This document shows positions 1 through 8,679 of a stretch of DNA of 32,000 nucleotides, one piece after another. Each line of letters starts with the position of its first letter. The stretch's first letter is position 1. Position numbers and translations under genes: made by a program. Origin of the DNA: Mucisphaera calidilacus (GTDB lineage Bacteria > Planctomycetota > Phycisphaerae > Phycisphaerales > Phycisphaeraceae); the NCBI RefSeq assembly GCF_007748075.1, contig NZ_CP036280.1:1650001-1682000 (forward strand). Reading direction: 5' to 3'. The notes below the pieces were generated by a model, which saw only the letters and a list, made by a program, of their open reading frames with translations, had not been told where the DNA came from and did not search any database.

Positions 1-1337
1 CCTGGTTCACACACGCTCGCTTCGGAATGTTCATCCACTTCGGGCTCTACAGCCTCGGCGCACGTCACGAGTGGCTGCAGTCCCGAAAGTTGATGACACC
101 CCAGGCCTACCGCGACCAGTACTTCCCCCGCTTCGAACCGGACCTCTACAACGCCGAGGAGTGGGCCGATCGCGCCACCCAGGCCGGCATGAAGTACGCC
201 GTCCTCACCGCCAAGCATCACGACGGCTTCTGCCTCTGGGACAGCGACCTCACCGACTTCAAGGCGACCAACACACCCATCGGGCGCGACCTCATCGCAG
301 AATACGTCGAGGCCTTCCGCTCGCGTGGCCTGCGTGTCGGTCTCTACTACTCCCTGATCGACTGGCAACACCCCGACTACGTCGTCGACTACATGAATCA
401 TCCGCTGCGCAACCACCTGCCGACCAGCGACCGCAAGGGACACCTCCCGCACCCGGACGCCTCGCAGTACGACGGAACCGACATCAACGCCGGACGCGAT
501 CACAGCCAGTACGTCGAATACATGCACGGGCAGGTCCGCGAGCTGCTGACGCGATACGGGCAGATCGACATCCTCTGGTTCGACTTCTCCTTCGTCGACC
601 CGGAGAACCGCGACGACCTGACCCGCGGCAAGGGGCGCGAGGCATGGCAGAGCCAGAAGCTGCTCGACATGATCCGCCAAGAGATGCCCAACGTGCTCCT
701 GACCGACCGGCTCGACCTCGACCTGCCCTTGTCGGGTGGCGACTACAAGACGCCCGAGCAGTCGCAGCCTCAGCGATGGGTACACGTCGACGGCAAGCCC
801 GTCGTCTGGGAAGCCTGCCAGACCTTCTCGGGATCGTGGGGATACCACCGGGACGAGTACGACTGGCGCAGCGCATGCCAGCTGCTCGTCACCCTGATTG
901 ATTCCGTGAGCAAAGGCGGCAATCTCCTGCTCAACGTCGGCCCGAACGGACGCGGCTGTTTCGACGACCGCGCCCGGGAACGCCTGGCATCGATCGGCGA
1001 ATGGATGTCGCTGCACGAACGGAGCATCCGAGGCTGCACGCAGGCCCACGCCGACTTCGCCTGCCCCGAAGGGTGCAAACTCACCTACGACGCCGAACGA
1101 CACCGCCTCTATATCCACCTCTTGGTCTGGCCCTACAAGACGCTCCATCTGGAGGGAGACGCCTACCGGGATCGCGTTCTCTACGCGCAGCTGCTCCACG
1201 ACGCGAGCGAAACACCCATCAAGCACTTCGAGTGGCAGGGACCAACCGACGAGCGGGTCGAGGTCACGGGGATCAGCCTGCCGCAGCGCGAACCACAAGG
1301 CATCGAGATACCGGTCCTCGAGTTGTTCCTGAAGTAG
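1..1337 (+). CDS. alpha-L-fucosidase, glycoside hydrolase family 29 (5'-partial, runs off the left edge)
   Basis: The frame of ORF 27..1337 stays open back to base 3 (WFTHARFG precedes the listed Met). The block FGMFIHFGLYS...KYAVLTAKHHDGFCLWDS...GLRVGLYYSLIDW matches the GH29 catalytic-domain signature. No signal peptide or N-terminus is visible because the start lies outside the window. Confidence 0.9.
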   Translation, partial: WFTHARFGMFIHFGLYSLGARHEWLQSRKLMTPQAYRDQYFPRFEPDLYNAEEWADRATQAGMKYAVLTAKHHDGFCLWDSDLTDFKATNTPIGRDLIAEYVEAFRSRGLRVGLYYSLIDWQHPDYVVDYMNHPLRNHLPTSDRKGHLPHPDASQYDGTDINAGRDHSQYVEYMHGQVRELLTRYGQIDILWFDFSFVDPENRDDLTRGKGREAWQSQKLLDMIRQEMPNVLLTDRLDLDLPLSGGDYKTPEQSQPQRWVHVDGKPVVWEACQTFSGSWGYHRDEYDWRSACQLLVTLIDSVSKGGNLLLNVGPNGRGCFDDRARERLASIGEWMSLHERSIRGCTQAHADFACPEGCKLTYDAERHRLYIHLLVWPYKTLHLEGDAYRDRVLYAQLLHDASETPIKHFEWQGPTDERVEVTGISLPQREPQGIEIPVLELFLK

Positions 1338-1395
1338 ATCAAACCACCCCAGCGACGCGCATCCAGCGTTCGCCGATACCCTCAGCGATGAACGT

Positions 1396-2976
1396 ATGAA
1401 CAATCAGAAACGGGCTGACTCTCAAGACCTCCAGACACGCAGGGCATTCCTGGCAACAGCAGGCCTGCTCGGGCTTGCATCCCTCGCGGGCTGCTCGACG
1501 ATGAAACGGTCTCGCCCCCGATTCCAGGGGGAATTCCCCGCGCGTGCCCGGAACATCCTGATGCTCTGCGTCGACGACTTGCGTCCGCTGCTCGGGTGTT
1601 ACGGCGACCCGCACGCCCATACACCCAACATCGACCGCCTCGCCAAGCGGGGCATGCTCTTCAAACGAGCCTACTGCCAGCAGTCTATCTCCGCGCCTTC
1701 CCGGATCAGCTTCCTGACCGGGCTTCGCCCCGAAACACTCGACATCTACACCCTCGGAACACCGCTCAAGAATCACCGTCCCGGTACCCAGACACTGCCG
1801 CTCTATCTCCGCGATCAGGGTTACACCACGGTCTCCATTGGCAAGGTGTTCCATCACGAGGGCGACCGCCCCGAGAGCTGGACACGCGAGATCCGTCCCT
1901 ATCAGAAGTACAGCCGGGGTTACGTCACGCCCAAAGGGCAGAGCATCGTGGATCAACAGGCTGACAACAAAGTCGATGCCGAAGGCATCCATCGAGGCCG
2001 AGGCCCCACCCACGAGATCGCGACAGATGAACAGATCGCCGGCCACCATGACTGCCTCGTCCGCGACCATACGGTCCAGGAACTCACCGATCTGGCGGCG
2101 GCGGGCGAGCCCTTCTTTCTTGCGGCCGGTTTTAAGAAGCCCCACCTCCCCTTCACGGCGCCCCGGTGGGCATGGGATCTCTATGACCGAGACAAGCTGC
2201 CGGTCCCGACACAAACCAGCTTCCCGACCGATGCCCCGCCTTGGCACCGAAACGTCAGCGGCAACGGGGCGATCTGGGAACTGGCGGCCTATCCCGGTGC
2301 CCCGACCTCCTCACCTCTCCCGGATCAGGATGCCCGCACGCTGATTCACGGCTACTACGCCTGTGTGTCCTACGTCGACGCCCTCATCGGCGAAGTTCTC
2401 GACACGCTGGACCGAACCGGCATGAGCGAGACCACCACGGTCGTGCTCTGGGGTGATCACGGATTCAAGCTCGGAGAGTTCGGCTCTTTCTGCAAGCACA
2501 CGAACTACGAGGTCGACACCCACGCACCACTCATCATCGCCGGCCCCGGCGTACCGGAAGGCCAGCAAACCGACGCGCTCTGTGAGTTTGTCGACGTGAT
2601 GCCAACAATCATGGAGATGACCGGCCATGCCCCGCCTCAAGACCTCGATGGTTTGAGCCTGACCCCGCTGTTCACCGAGCCGGATCGCGACTGGAAGCCC
2701 GCCGCCTTCAGCCAGTACCCGCGCGGCGGGGGCATGACGGGCGGACGATCGCTGATGGGGGACGCCATGCGCACCGACCGTTACCGCTACATCGCCTGGA
2801 TCGATCGACAGACCGGCGAACGCGTCGCCGAAGAGCTCTACGACCACGGCCGGGCAGGACAACCATCGGCCAACCTCGTAGACGATCCCTCGCACGCCGA
2901 AGGATTGGAGGCGTGCCGCAGGCTTCACGCAGGCGGCTGGAAACAGGCACGGGCGAGAGCAACCGCCACGCCGTAG
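1396..2976 (+). CDS. S1-family sulfatase, iduronate-2-sulfatase-like; Tat signal plus lipobox; Ser at the formylglycine position
   Basis: The N-terminus QTRRAFLATAGLLGLASLAGCS has a twin-arginine motif (T-R-R-x-F-L) followed by an L-A-G-C lipobox. Sulfatase core blocks: NILMLCVDDLRP, YCQQSISAPSRISFLTGLRP, FKKPHLPF, VVLWGDHGFKLGE. The (C/S)xPxR motif reads S-A-P-S-R, with Ser99 encoded by TCC at 1690-1692. Confidence 0.9.
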   Translation: MNNQKRADSQDLQTRRAFLATAGLLGLASLAGCSTMKRSRPRFQGEFPARARNILMLCVDDLRPLLGCYGDPHAHTPNIDRLAKRGMLFKRAYCQQSISAPSRISFLTGLRPETLDIYTLGTPLKNHRPGTQTLPLYLRDQGYTTVSIGKVFHHEGDRPESWTREIRPYQKYSRGYVTPKGQSIVDQQADNKVDAEGIHRGRGPTHEIATDEQIAGHHDCLVRDHTVQELTDLAAAGEPFFLAAGFKKPHLPFTAPRWAWDLYDRDKLPVPTQTSFPTDAPPWHRNVSGNGAIWELAAYPGAPTSSPLPDQDARTLIHGYYACVSYVDALIGEVLDTLDRTGMSETTTVVLWGDHGFKLGEFGSFCKHTNYEVDTHAPLIIAGPGVPEGQQTDALCEFVDVMPTIMEMTGHAPPQDLDGLSLTPLFTEPDRDWKPAAFSQYPRGGGMTGGRSLMGDAMRTDRYRYIAWIDRQTGERVAEELYDHGRAGQPSANLVDDPSHAEGLEACRRLHAGGWKQARARATATP

Positions 2977-2980
2977 CCCC

Positions 2981-4492
2981 CTATTTCGGCCGGACCGCCT
3001 CGGTCATGTCCAGGCCCGTGTCATAGTCGAGTTGATGCGGCTCGTACTCCGTATGCTCACGCTGACGCGTCATGCCGGTGTACGCCCAACTCGCCGGCGG
3101 GGCATCGACACGCCAGGGGCGTCGACGCCAGTAGTCGCCACGAAACGGGTCACGCGTATCACTCATCCAGTCGAGGATGACGTCGTGCAGCCGGTCGCGC
3201 CGGGCCCGATCGGGCGGGTCATGGATCAGGTTCTTCAACTCGCCGGGGTCGGCCTGCACGTCGTACAACTCGTCGGTGTCCATGAGATTGACCGCGAGCT
3301 TGTACCGGCCGTCGAAGACGCAGCGGATCGGCTGGAACGACAGGAACCCGTCGTGATCCATCTCGTACCGCCCCCACTCGATGAACACCTCGTCGCGGAG
3401 CGAAACGGCGGGGTCGGTGAACGCGCCGTGCTGATCAATGCCCTGCAGCAACCGGGGGATCGGGATGCCGAAGTGCTGCAGGAGCGTCGGGGTCAGGTCG
3501 ATGTGCGAGATCAGCGCGTCCGAGACAGCGCCCTCAGGCGTCTGCCCGGGCCAGCGGACGATCCAGGGGATGTTCGTGATCTCCTGATACATCGCAGGCC
3601 CCTTGCCCGAACGCTCCAGCCGGTGTGACCCGAGCATGTCGCCGTGATCCGACGTGAAGATCACCAGCGACTCCGGCGTGTTGTCGTCGATAACCTCCAG
3701 CACGCGGCCGATCTCGTCATCCACAAAACTGTGACACCCGAAGAAGTCCGGGGCGTGGCAGGCGTGGTTGTCCATGTCACGATCAAGGTTGTCACCGGCC
3801 CACAGCCGCTGGATCTCGGGCTTGTCACGGAGGTCATCACCCCCGTTCGCCGCCGGGGGAAAGCGGTAATCCCGGTACATCGAGGCGAAAGGTTCCGGAC
3901 AGAGCGACGGGCCGTGCGGCTCGTCATAGGACAGGACCAGGCAGAAGGACTCGTCGCGATGCCTGCGGATGAAATCGATCGCCCGGCTGGAACAGCGATG
4001 CGCAAAAGTCAGCTCTCTCGGGAACCCGCCCTCCGCCTGATTCGAGGCCACGTCCCGAGACCGCAGCCGGTCCTCAGGCGACAACTCGTCGAGGTAGCAA
4101 CGCATGTCGTACCAGTAATCCGGGTCATAACCCTCCGGACAACGCCCCATGCCGAAATAGTCCCCGCCGTCGAGGTGCCACTTGCCGACGTAGCCACACT
4201 GCGTCGCGCCGTCGGTCGCGTCGGTGATCCGCTGCCCGAGGGTCTTGGTGATGGCGTCGATCGCCATGCCGTTGCCCCAGCCGCCGTTGCTGTGGGGGTA
4301 TTGCCCGGTGAACAACGCCGATCGGGCCGGGCCGCAGACCGGCGAGCAGCAGTAAGCGTTCTCGAACCGAACGCCCTGCGACGCCAACCGGTCGACGTTC
4401 GGCGTCCGCAACCCGGTATCCCGGTAGCAGCCGAACATGTCCTTACGCTGGGTGTCCGTCATGATGACGATGGCTTGGACCGGTTTCGACAT
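2981..4492 (-). CDS. S1-family sulfatase, Cys-type, no signal peptide (predicted cytoplasmic)
   Basis: Motif block YCCSPVCGPARSALFTGQYP, with CGPAR encoded at 4322-4336. The protein begins directly with the first core strand, MSKPVQAIVIMTDTQRKD. I place the start at ATG 4492, which has AAGGAG (4502-4507 on the minus strand) 9 nt upstream, rather than at the TTG at 4513 used by the ORF track. It sits 24 nt downstream of the preceding gene on the same strand. Confidence 0.9.
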   Translation of the reverse strand: MSKPVQAIVIMTDTQRKDMFGCYRDTGLRTPNVDRLASQGVRFENAYCCSPVCGPARSALFTGQYPHSNGGWGNGMAIDAITKTLGQRITDATDGATQCGYVGKWHLDGGDYFGMGRCPEGYDPDYWYDMRCYLDELSPEDRLRSRDVASNQAEGGFPRELTFAHRCSSRAIDFIRRHRDESFCLVLSYDEPHGPSLCPEPFASMYRDYRFPPAANGGDDLRDKPEIQRLWAGDNLDRDMDNHACHAPDFFGCHSFVDDEIGRVLEVIDDNTPESLVIFTSDHGDMLGSHRLERSGKGPAMYQEITNIPWIVRWPGQTPEGAVSDALISHIDLTPTLLQHFGIPIPRLLQGIDQHGAFTDPAVSLRDEVFIEWGRYEMDHDGFLSFQPIRCVFDGRYKLAVNLMDTDELYDVQADPGELKNLIHDPPDRARRDRLHDVILDWMSDTRDPFRGDYWRRRPWRVDAPPASWAYTGMTRQREHTEYEPHQLDYDTGLDMTEAVRPK

Positions 4493-4516
4493 AGCTCGAT
4501 TCTCCTTCGGCAAGCG

Positions 4517-6004
4517 TTACACGAGCGGCTCAAGGCCCGGGTCGCGGTTGTAAATCTCAAGATCACGGAAAGTCATGTCCGTGCGCATCATGCAGCGGAG
4601 CGCCACGGCACCGTTGCGCAACACCGGCCCGTTGTTGGTCCAGGGGCTGTCGTGGGCATCGATGACGACGCGGTCATCAATCGCACCCACGATGTGATTC
4701 CCGCGTTGCAGATAGTGCAGCCTGTAGGTCCGGTCCATCTCCCACGGCTCGTCGAGCGCCTGATAGGCAACCGGGCAGTACCAGGGGTTCTTCAGCATGG
4801 CATGGTTGATCACGTCATTACGGATGTCGTGCATCTGCCGCATGAACTCCCAGTGATAATTCCTGACGTCCTCCCAGCAGACCATCTTCATCGCGCCGTC
4901 GGTCCGGGGGTGATAGGTGTGCAGGAAATCCTCGCCATGCATGCCCGCGGCCTGCGTCATCAGCAGAGCCAGGCCACCCGGCCGATGAATCCTGAACCGG
5001 AAGGTGACGTACAGATCGCCCTCGAAGCACTGCCGCGTCCAGAGATACATCCGCGTGGTGTCGCCGCCCGGCGGGTCGGGCTGATCGAAGAACGCTTCCA
5101 GCGAGGGCGTTTGAATCCTCGTGCCCTCGGAACTCACGGTCGTCCCGTTGTTCGCCCCCTGATGATAAAAAGCGAGCAGGTCCTCCTGCTGCGTCAACGA
5201 CACCCTCAGCTTAGGCTCCCAACCCTCACGATCGAGTTGCGGGTGTTCGAACGCACGCAGCGGTTTGTGGCCATGCACACGCTGCACTTCTTCTTCGGTC
5301 TCGGCATCCAGGGGATAATCCGAAGACGTGACGAACTGGCGGATCTCATCCGCCGTCACCTGTTGATCCCAGAAGTCAGCCCTGCCGTAGGCGACACGCG
5401 GCGCGCCACCATACAAAATCGGCCCCGCCGGCTGTTGCGGCAGGACGCCTTCGTAGGTCGTGTCCTGCGCGCCGACGAACCAACCATTGACGTACAGCCG
5501 GTAGTCGCCGCGTTCACGATCCCATGAACAGGCAAGATGCGTCCAACGGTCCCGAGGAAGCCGAAGGTGACCCGCCATGGCCGAAGCTCCGGGCCTTGGC
5601 GTCCAACAGAGCTCGTCATACCCCCCCCGATGCCACTTGGCCATGAACACCGGGTGCCAATAGGTATGGAAATACATCGCGAACTGGGCGGGCCGAGGGT
5701 CCAACGGCGACTCGCGGTCGCTCAGGAAGACGTACTGGTCGTAGCCGTGGTTGTGCGCACGGTGCTGGGGGTACTGAGCCTGCGTGCCCAGGTCATCGAG
5801 CGGGCAGACCCAGACGCCAACCGCCCCGCGCGGCTCGTTGAGGGTGTGACGCGTGAGGGCGAACCCGCCATGCAGCCGGTCAAAATGCCGTCCCGTGTGC
5901 CCCAGCCTTGTCACCAGTCTCCCCGGGTCACGCGGAAACGCAGCGGCACCGTTGCCATCGGTCAGGTCGTACGAAAGGGTCGGGCGATTCATGGGATGAC
6001 TCAT
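4517..6004 (-). CDS. two-domain concanavalin-like protein: N-terminal LamG-like domain plus C-terminal DUF1961/YesU-like domain; no signal peptide
   Basis: The N-terminal half contains RWTHLACSWDRERGDYRLYVNGWFVG, a LamG/Laminin_G_3-style pattern. The C-terminal half (LWTRQCFEGDLYVTFRFRIHRPGGLALLMTQAAGMHGEDFL...NYHWEFMRQ...YRLHYLQRGNHIVGAIDDRVV...NGAVALRCMMRTDMTFRDLEIYN) follows the pattern I recall for Bacillus subtilis YesU (DUF1961). It is the first gene of a minus-strand operon with the cytoplasmic sulfatase. Confidence 0.6.
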   Translation of the reverse strand: MSHPMNRPTLSYDLTDGNGAAAFPRDPGRLVTRLGHTGRHFDRLHGGFALTRHTLNEPRGAVGVWVCPLDDLGTQAQYPQHRAHNHGYDQYVFLSDRESPLDPRPAQFAMYFHTYWHPVFMAKWHRGGYDELCWTPRPGASAMAGHLRLPRDRWTHLACSWDRERGDYRLYVNGWFVGAQDTTYEGVLPQQPAGPILYGGAPRVAYGRADFWDQQVTADEIRQFVTSSDYPLDAETEEEVQRVHGHKPLRAFEHPQLDREGWEPKLRVSLTQQEDLLAFYHQGANNGTTVSSEGTRIQTPSLEAFFDQPDPPGGDTTRMYLWTRQCFEGDLYVTFRFRIHRPGGLALLMTQAAGMHGEDFLHTYHPRTDGAMKMVCWEDVRNYHWEFMRQMHDIRNDVINHAMLKNPWYCPVAYQALDEPWEMDRTYRLHYLQRGNHIVGAIDDRVVIDAHDSPWTNNGPVLRNGAVALRCMMRTDMTFRDLEIYNRDPGLEPLV

Positions 6005-6280
6005 CAGCTGTCAGACGCGGGCCCGCAAACAACACGCTGGCTCGCCCGCGTCAGGGGTCATGTTATTGACTCATGCCGTCTCGGATAAACGCTCGCTCTC
6101 ATCGATCGTTCTTACAACAGCGCTCAAGCAGAACCAGGTCGCGTCGCCGAAGTCTCCGGCCCCGCGGTAAAGGAACAATCCATGACACGTGGGGGCGACC
6201 GCGGAGGCAGGTGACGGGTTGAGACGAAATCTGTTCATGTGATGCCTCTTGAACCCGCTCGGCTCGTTGGCCGACAGGCT

Positions 6281-6296
6281 ATGAATACGTATTCAT
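6281..6296. promoter_or_regulatory. LacI-family operator, perfect 16-bp palindrome ATGAATACGTATTCAT
   Basis: Perfect inverted repeat with a central CG, the typical LacI/GalR operator layout. It lies in an AT-rich patch of the 552-bp divergent intergenic region. Read on the minus strand, toward the 4517..6004 operon, it gives GAATACGTATTCATAG. Confidence 0.65.
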
Positions 6297-6367
6297 TACA
6301 TCATAACAACTCCTCGCTCGGAATGAAAATCACCAATATCAGGCGTACTGAGACGCTTTTTCATGCA

Positions 6368-6383
6368 CAGAATACGTATTCAT
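6368..6383. promoter_or_regulatory. LacI-family operator, second copy (cAGAATACGTATTCAT), overlapping a candidate promoter of the symporter gene
   Basis: It shares the 12-bp palindromic core GAATACGTATTC with the site at 6281-6296, 87 bp away centre to centre. Read on the plus strand it gives the same 16-mer, GAATACGTATTCATAG. A weak sigma70-like pair flanks and overlaps it: TTTTCA (6358-6363), a 17-nt spacer, then CATAGT (6381-6386). Confidence 0.6.
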
Positions 6384-6556
6384 AGTAGAGTGTTCCTTAT
6401 GCAGGCCGGTCTGCGCTATCACGCAACGCTTCCACCAAGCTGAGACGCCGTTCGTTCTCGGTTTCGACTCCTGAATCAGGTCAGAACAAGCCTCAAATCG
6501 CTCCCAATGGCGGCATCGAGAGGCTCGACAGACCCTTTCAACGGATAAGGCTGCCC

Positions 6557-8635
6557 ATGAACCTGGCCCCACTGGACTACGGGATCATCATTTTTGCCCT
6601 CTCGATCGTCCTCGGGATGGCCTGGTACACCCAGCGGTTCACCCGCAGCGTCGCGGACTTCCTCTCCGCCAACCGCTGTGCCGGCAGATACCTGCTGACC
6701 GTCGCCAGCGGCGCCGCGGGCATGGGCACCATCTCGATCGTCGCCCAGTGGGAGAAGTTCTATCAGGCGGGCTTCGGAGCCATGCACTGGGCACAGATGC
6801 TGGCCCCGCTCTCGCTCTTTCTGGCCCTCTCCGGCTGGATCATCTACCGCTACCGCCAGACGCGCGCCATGACCCTCGCCCAGTTTCTGGAGCGTCGCTA
6901 CAGCCGCCGCTTCCGTATCTTCGCCGGCATCCTCTGCTGGCTCAGCGGCATCCTGAACTACGGCATCTTCCCCGCGGTCACCGCCCGCTTCCTGATCTAC
7001 TTCCTCGGGCTGCCCGTGATGACCTGGACCGTCCCAGGCATCGGATTCGAGCTGAACCTCACCCTCGCCGTCACGATGGCACTGCTCCTGAGTGTTGCGC
7101 TGTTCATCACCCTCAATGGCGGACAGATCGCCGTGATGGTCAGCGACTGGGTTCAGGGGCAGTTCATCGGGATCGCCTTTGTCATCCTGCTCGTGACGCT
7201 TCTCTGGCTTTTCCCGTGGACGACGATCGTCGAAACGCTCAAGGCTGCGCCGGCGGGTGAGAGCAAGCTCAACCCCTACGACCAGGGGTCACTCCCTGAC
7301 TTCAACCCCCTCTTCTTCTTCACCCTCGCCGCCTTGCAGGTCTACGGCTACATGGTCTGGCAGGGGAGCCAGGGCTACAACAGCGCCGCGAAGAGCCCCC
7401 ACGAGGCCAAGATGGCTGTCGTCATCGCGCAGTTCCGCATCCTCGTGCAGGCCATGTTGATCCCTCTGGCCGCTATCTGTGCCTACGTCCTGATGCACGC
7501 CCCGGTCTACGCCGAGGAAACCGCCGCCGTCACGCAGACCCTGCAGGCCATCGACAACCCCCAGATCGCCAAGCAGATGACCACCACGGTCGCGCTCGCC
7601 CAGGTGCTGCCCGTTGGTCTCGTCGGGCTTCTCGCCGCCGTGATGCTCATGGCCTCGGTCACCACCGACTCGACCTACCTCCACAGCTGGGGGTCGATCT
7701 TCATCCAGGACGTCGCCATGCCCATCCGCCAGCTCAAAAAGACCGAGCCATGGACGCCGAAGCAGCACCTCTGGATCCTCCGCGGGTCGGTCATCTTTGT
7801 CGCCGTCTTCGCATGGACCTTCTCGATGATCTTCCCGATGCAGGAATACATTTTCATGTACTTCCAGATCACCGGCGCGATCTTCACAGGCGGCGCGGGA
7901 GCAGTCCTCATCGGCGGCCTCTACTGGAAGCGGGGCACCACCACCGGCGCCTGGGCCGCCATGATCACCGGGTCAACACTCGCGGTCTCAGGCGTCGTCA
8001 CCATCAACATCATCTGGCCAAGGCTCATCCCCTGGCTCCAGGAAACCTACCCGGATCACGAGACGATCATGGCGTTGCCGGCCAAGTTCTGGCTCAACGG
8101 CGTCCAGATGGCGTTCGTCTCATCCTTCTCCGCCGTATCGGCCTACGTCATCGGATCGCTGCTCTCACCCGATCCCAGACTCAACACGGACAAGCTCTTT
8201 CACCGCGGGGCGTACGCGCCCAAGCTCAAAGAGGGCGAGCCCGAAGATATCACGCACAAGCCTCAAGCCGTGCCCGGATTGCTGCGCAAGCTCGGGATCA
8301 CCGACGAGTTCACCCTCGGCGACAAGATCATCTTCGGCGCGAAGTACGCCATGTTCATCTTCTTCTTCGGCGGCTTTATCGTCATCAACATCCTCTACGT
8401 GCTCGGCCTGATGAGTCAGGATGATTCCTGGGCACGCTGGTGGCTGATCAACCTGATTCTCTGCAGCGTGATTGGTTTCTGTGCAACCGTATGGCTTCTG
8501 ATCGGCGGCATCCGTGACATCCGCGACCTGTTCCGCATCCTCGCCAAGATGGAGCGCGACGCGCAGGACGATGGCTCGGTCAAGGAGCACCTCGGCTCGC
8601 CGAGAGAAGACCTGCCCGCCGAACCCACGCGATAA
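6557..8635 (+). CDS. sodium:solute symporter (SSS) family transporter with a C-terminal extension
   Basis: 692 aa and highly hydrophobic, with many predicted TM helices. The N-terminal block DYGIIIFALSIVLGMAWY...SVADFLSANRCAGRYLLTVASGAAGMGTISIV follows the SSS-family pattern. An AAGG sits 6 nt before the ATG. Confidence 0.85.
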   Translation: MNLAPLDYGIIIFALSIVLGMAWYTQRFTRSVADFLSANRCAGRYLLTVASGAAGMGTISIVAQWEKFYQAGFGAMHWAQMLAPLSLFLALSGWIIYRYRQTRAMTLAQFLERRYSRRFRIFAGILCWLSGILNYGIFPAVTARFLIYFLGLPVMTWTVPGIGFELNLTLAVTMALLLSVALFITLNGGQIAVMVSDWVQGQFIGIAFVILLVTLLWLFPWTTIVETLKAAPAGESKLNPYDQGSLPDFNPLFFFTLAALQVYGYMVWQGSQGYNSAAKSPHEAKMAVVIAQFRILVQAMLIPLAAICAYVLMHAPVYAEETAAVTQTLQAIDNPQIAKQMTTTVALAQVLPVGLVGLLAAVMLMASVTTDSTYLHSWGSIFIQDVAMPIRQLKKTEPWTPKQHLWILRGSVIFVAVFAWTFSMIFPMQEYIFMYFQITGAIFTGGAGAVLIGGLYWKRGTTTGAWAAMITGSTLAVSGVVTINIIWPRLIPWLQETYPDHETIMALPAKFWLNGVQMAFVSSFSAVSAYVIGSLLSPDPRLNTDKLFHRGAYAPKLKEGEPEDITHKPQAVPGLLRKLGITDEFTLGDKIIFGAKYAMFIFFFGGFIVINILYVLGLMSQDDSWARWWLINLILCSVIGFCATVWLLIGGIRDIRDLFRILAKMERDAQDDGSVKEHLGSPREDLPAEPTR

Positions 8636-8679
8636 GAACACCACCCCCCCCCGCCACCTTACCCCCTCGTTGAGCCGTC

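Noticed and set aside
3644-5527. 627-aa ORF on the plus strand
   Set aside because: It is antisense to two well-supported minus-strand genes and runs straight across their junction at 4493-4516. The product is Arg/Val/Pro/Gly-rich with no recognisable motif. This is a typical shadow ORF of high-GC DNA.
5621-5628. Homopolymeric C/G tracts considered as phase-variation switches: C8 at 5621-5628 and at 14673-14680 inside CDSs, and C9 at 8644-8652 in an intergenic region
   Set aside because: At this GC content a handful of 8-9-nt C/G runs per 32 kb is expected by chance. All affected reading frames are intact. There is no repeat-number evidence from a single sequence.
6014-6052. GC-rich inverted repeat GACGCGGGC...GCCCGCGTC (9-bp stem, 21-nt loop)
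   Set aside because: It is not a terminator. It lies upstream of the start of the minus-strand operon, follows no gene, and has no U-tract. It may be a 5'-UTR structure, but I have no support beyond the pairing itself.
6339-6572. 77-aa minus-strand ORF and other small ORFs in the 6005-6556 spacer
   Set aside because: It overlaps the operator/promoter region and the symporter start. It has no ribosome-binding site or recognisable motif. The spacer is better explained as two divergent promoters with long leaders.
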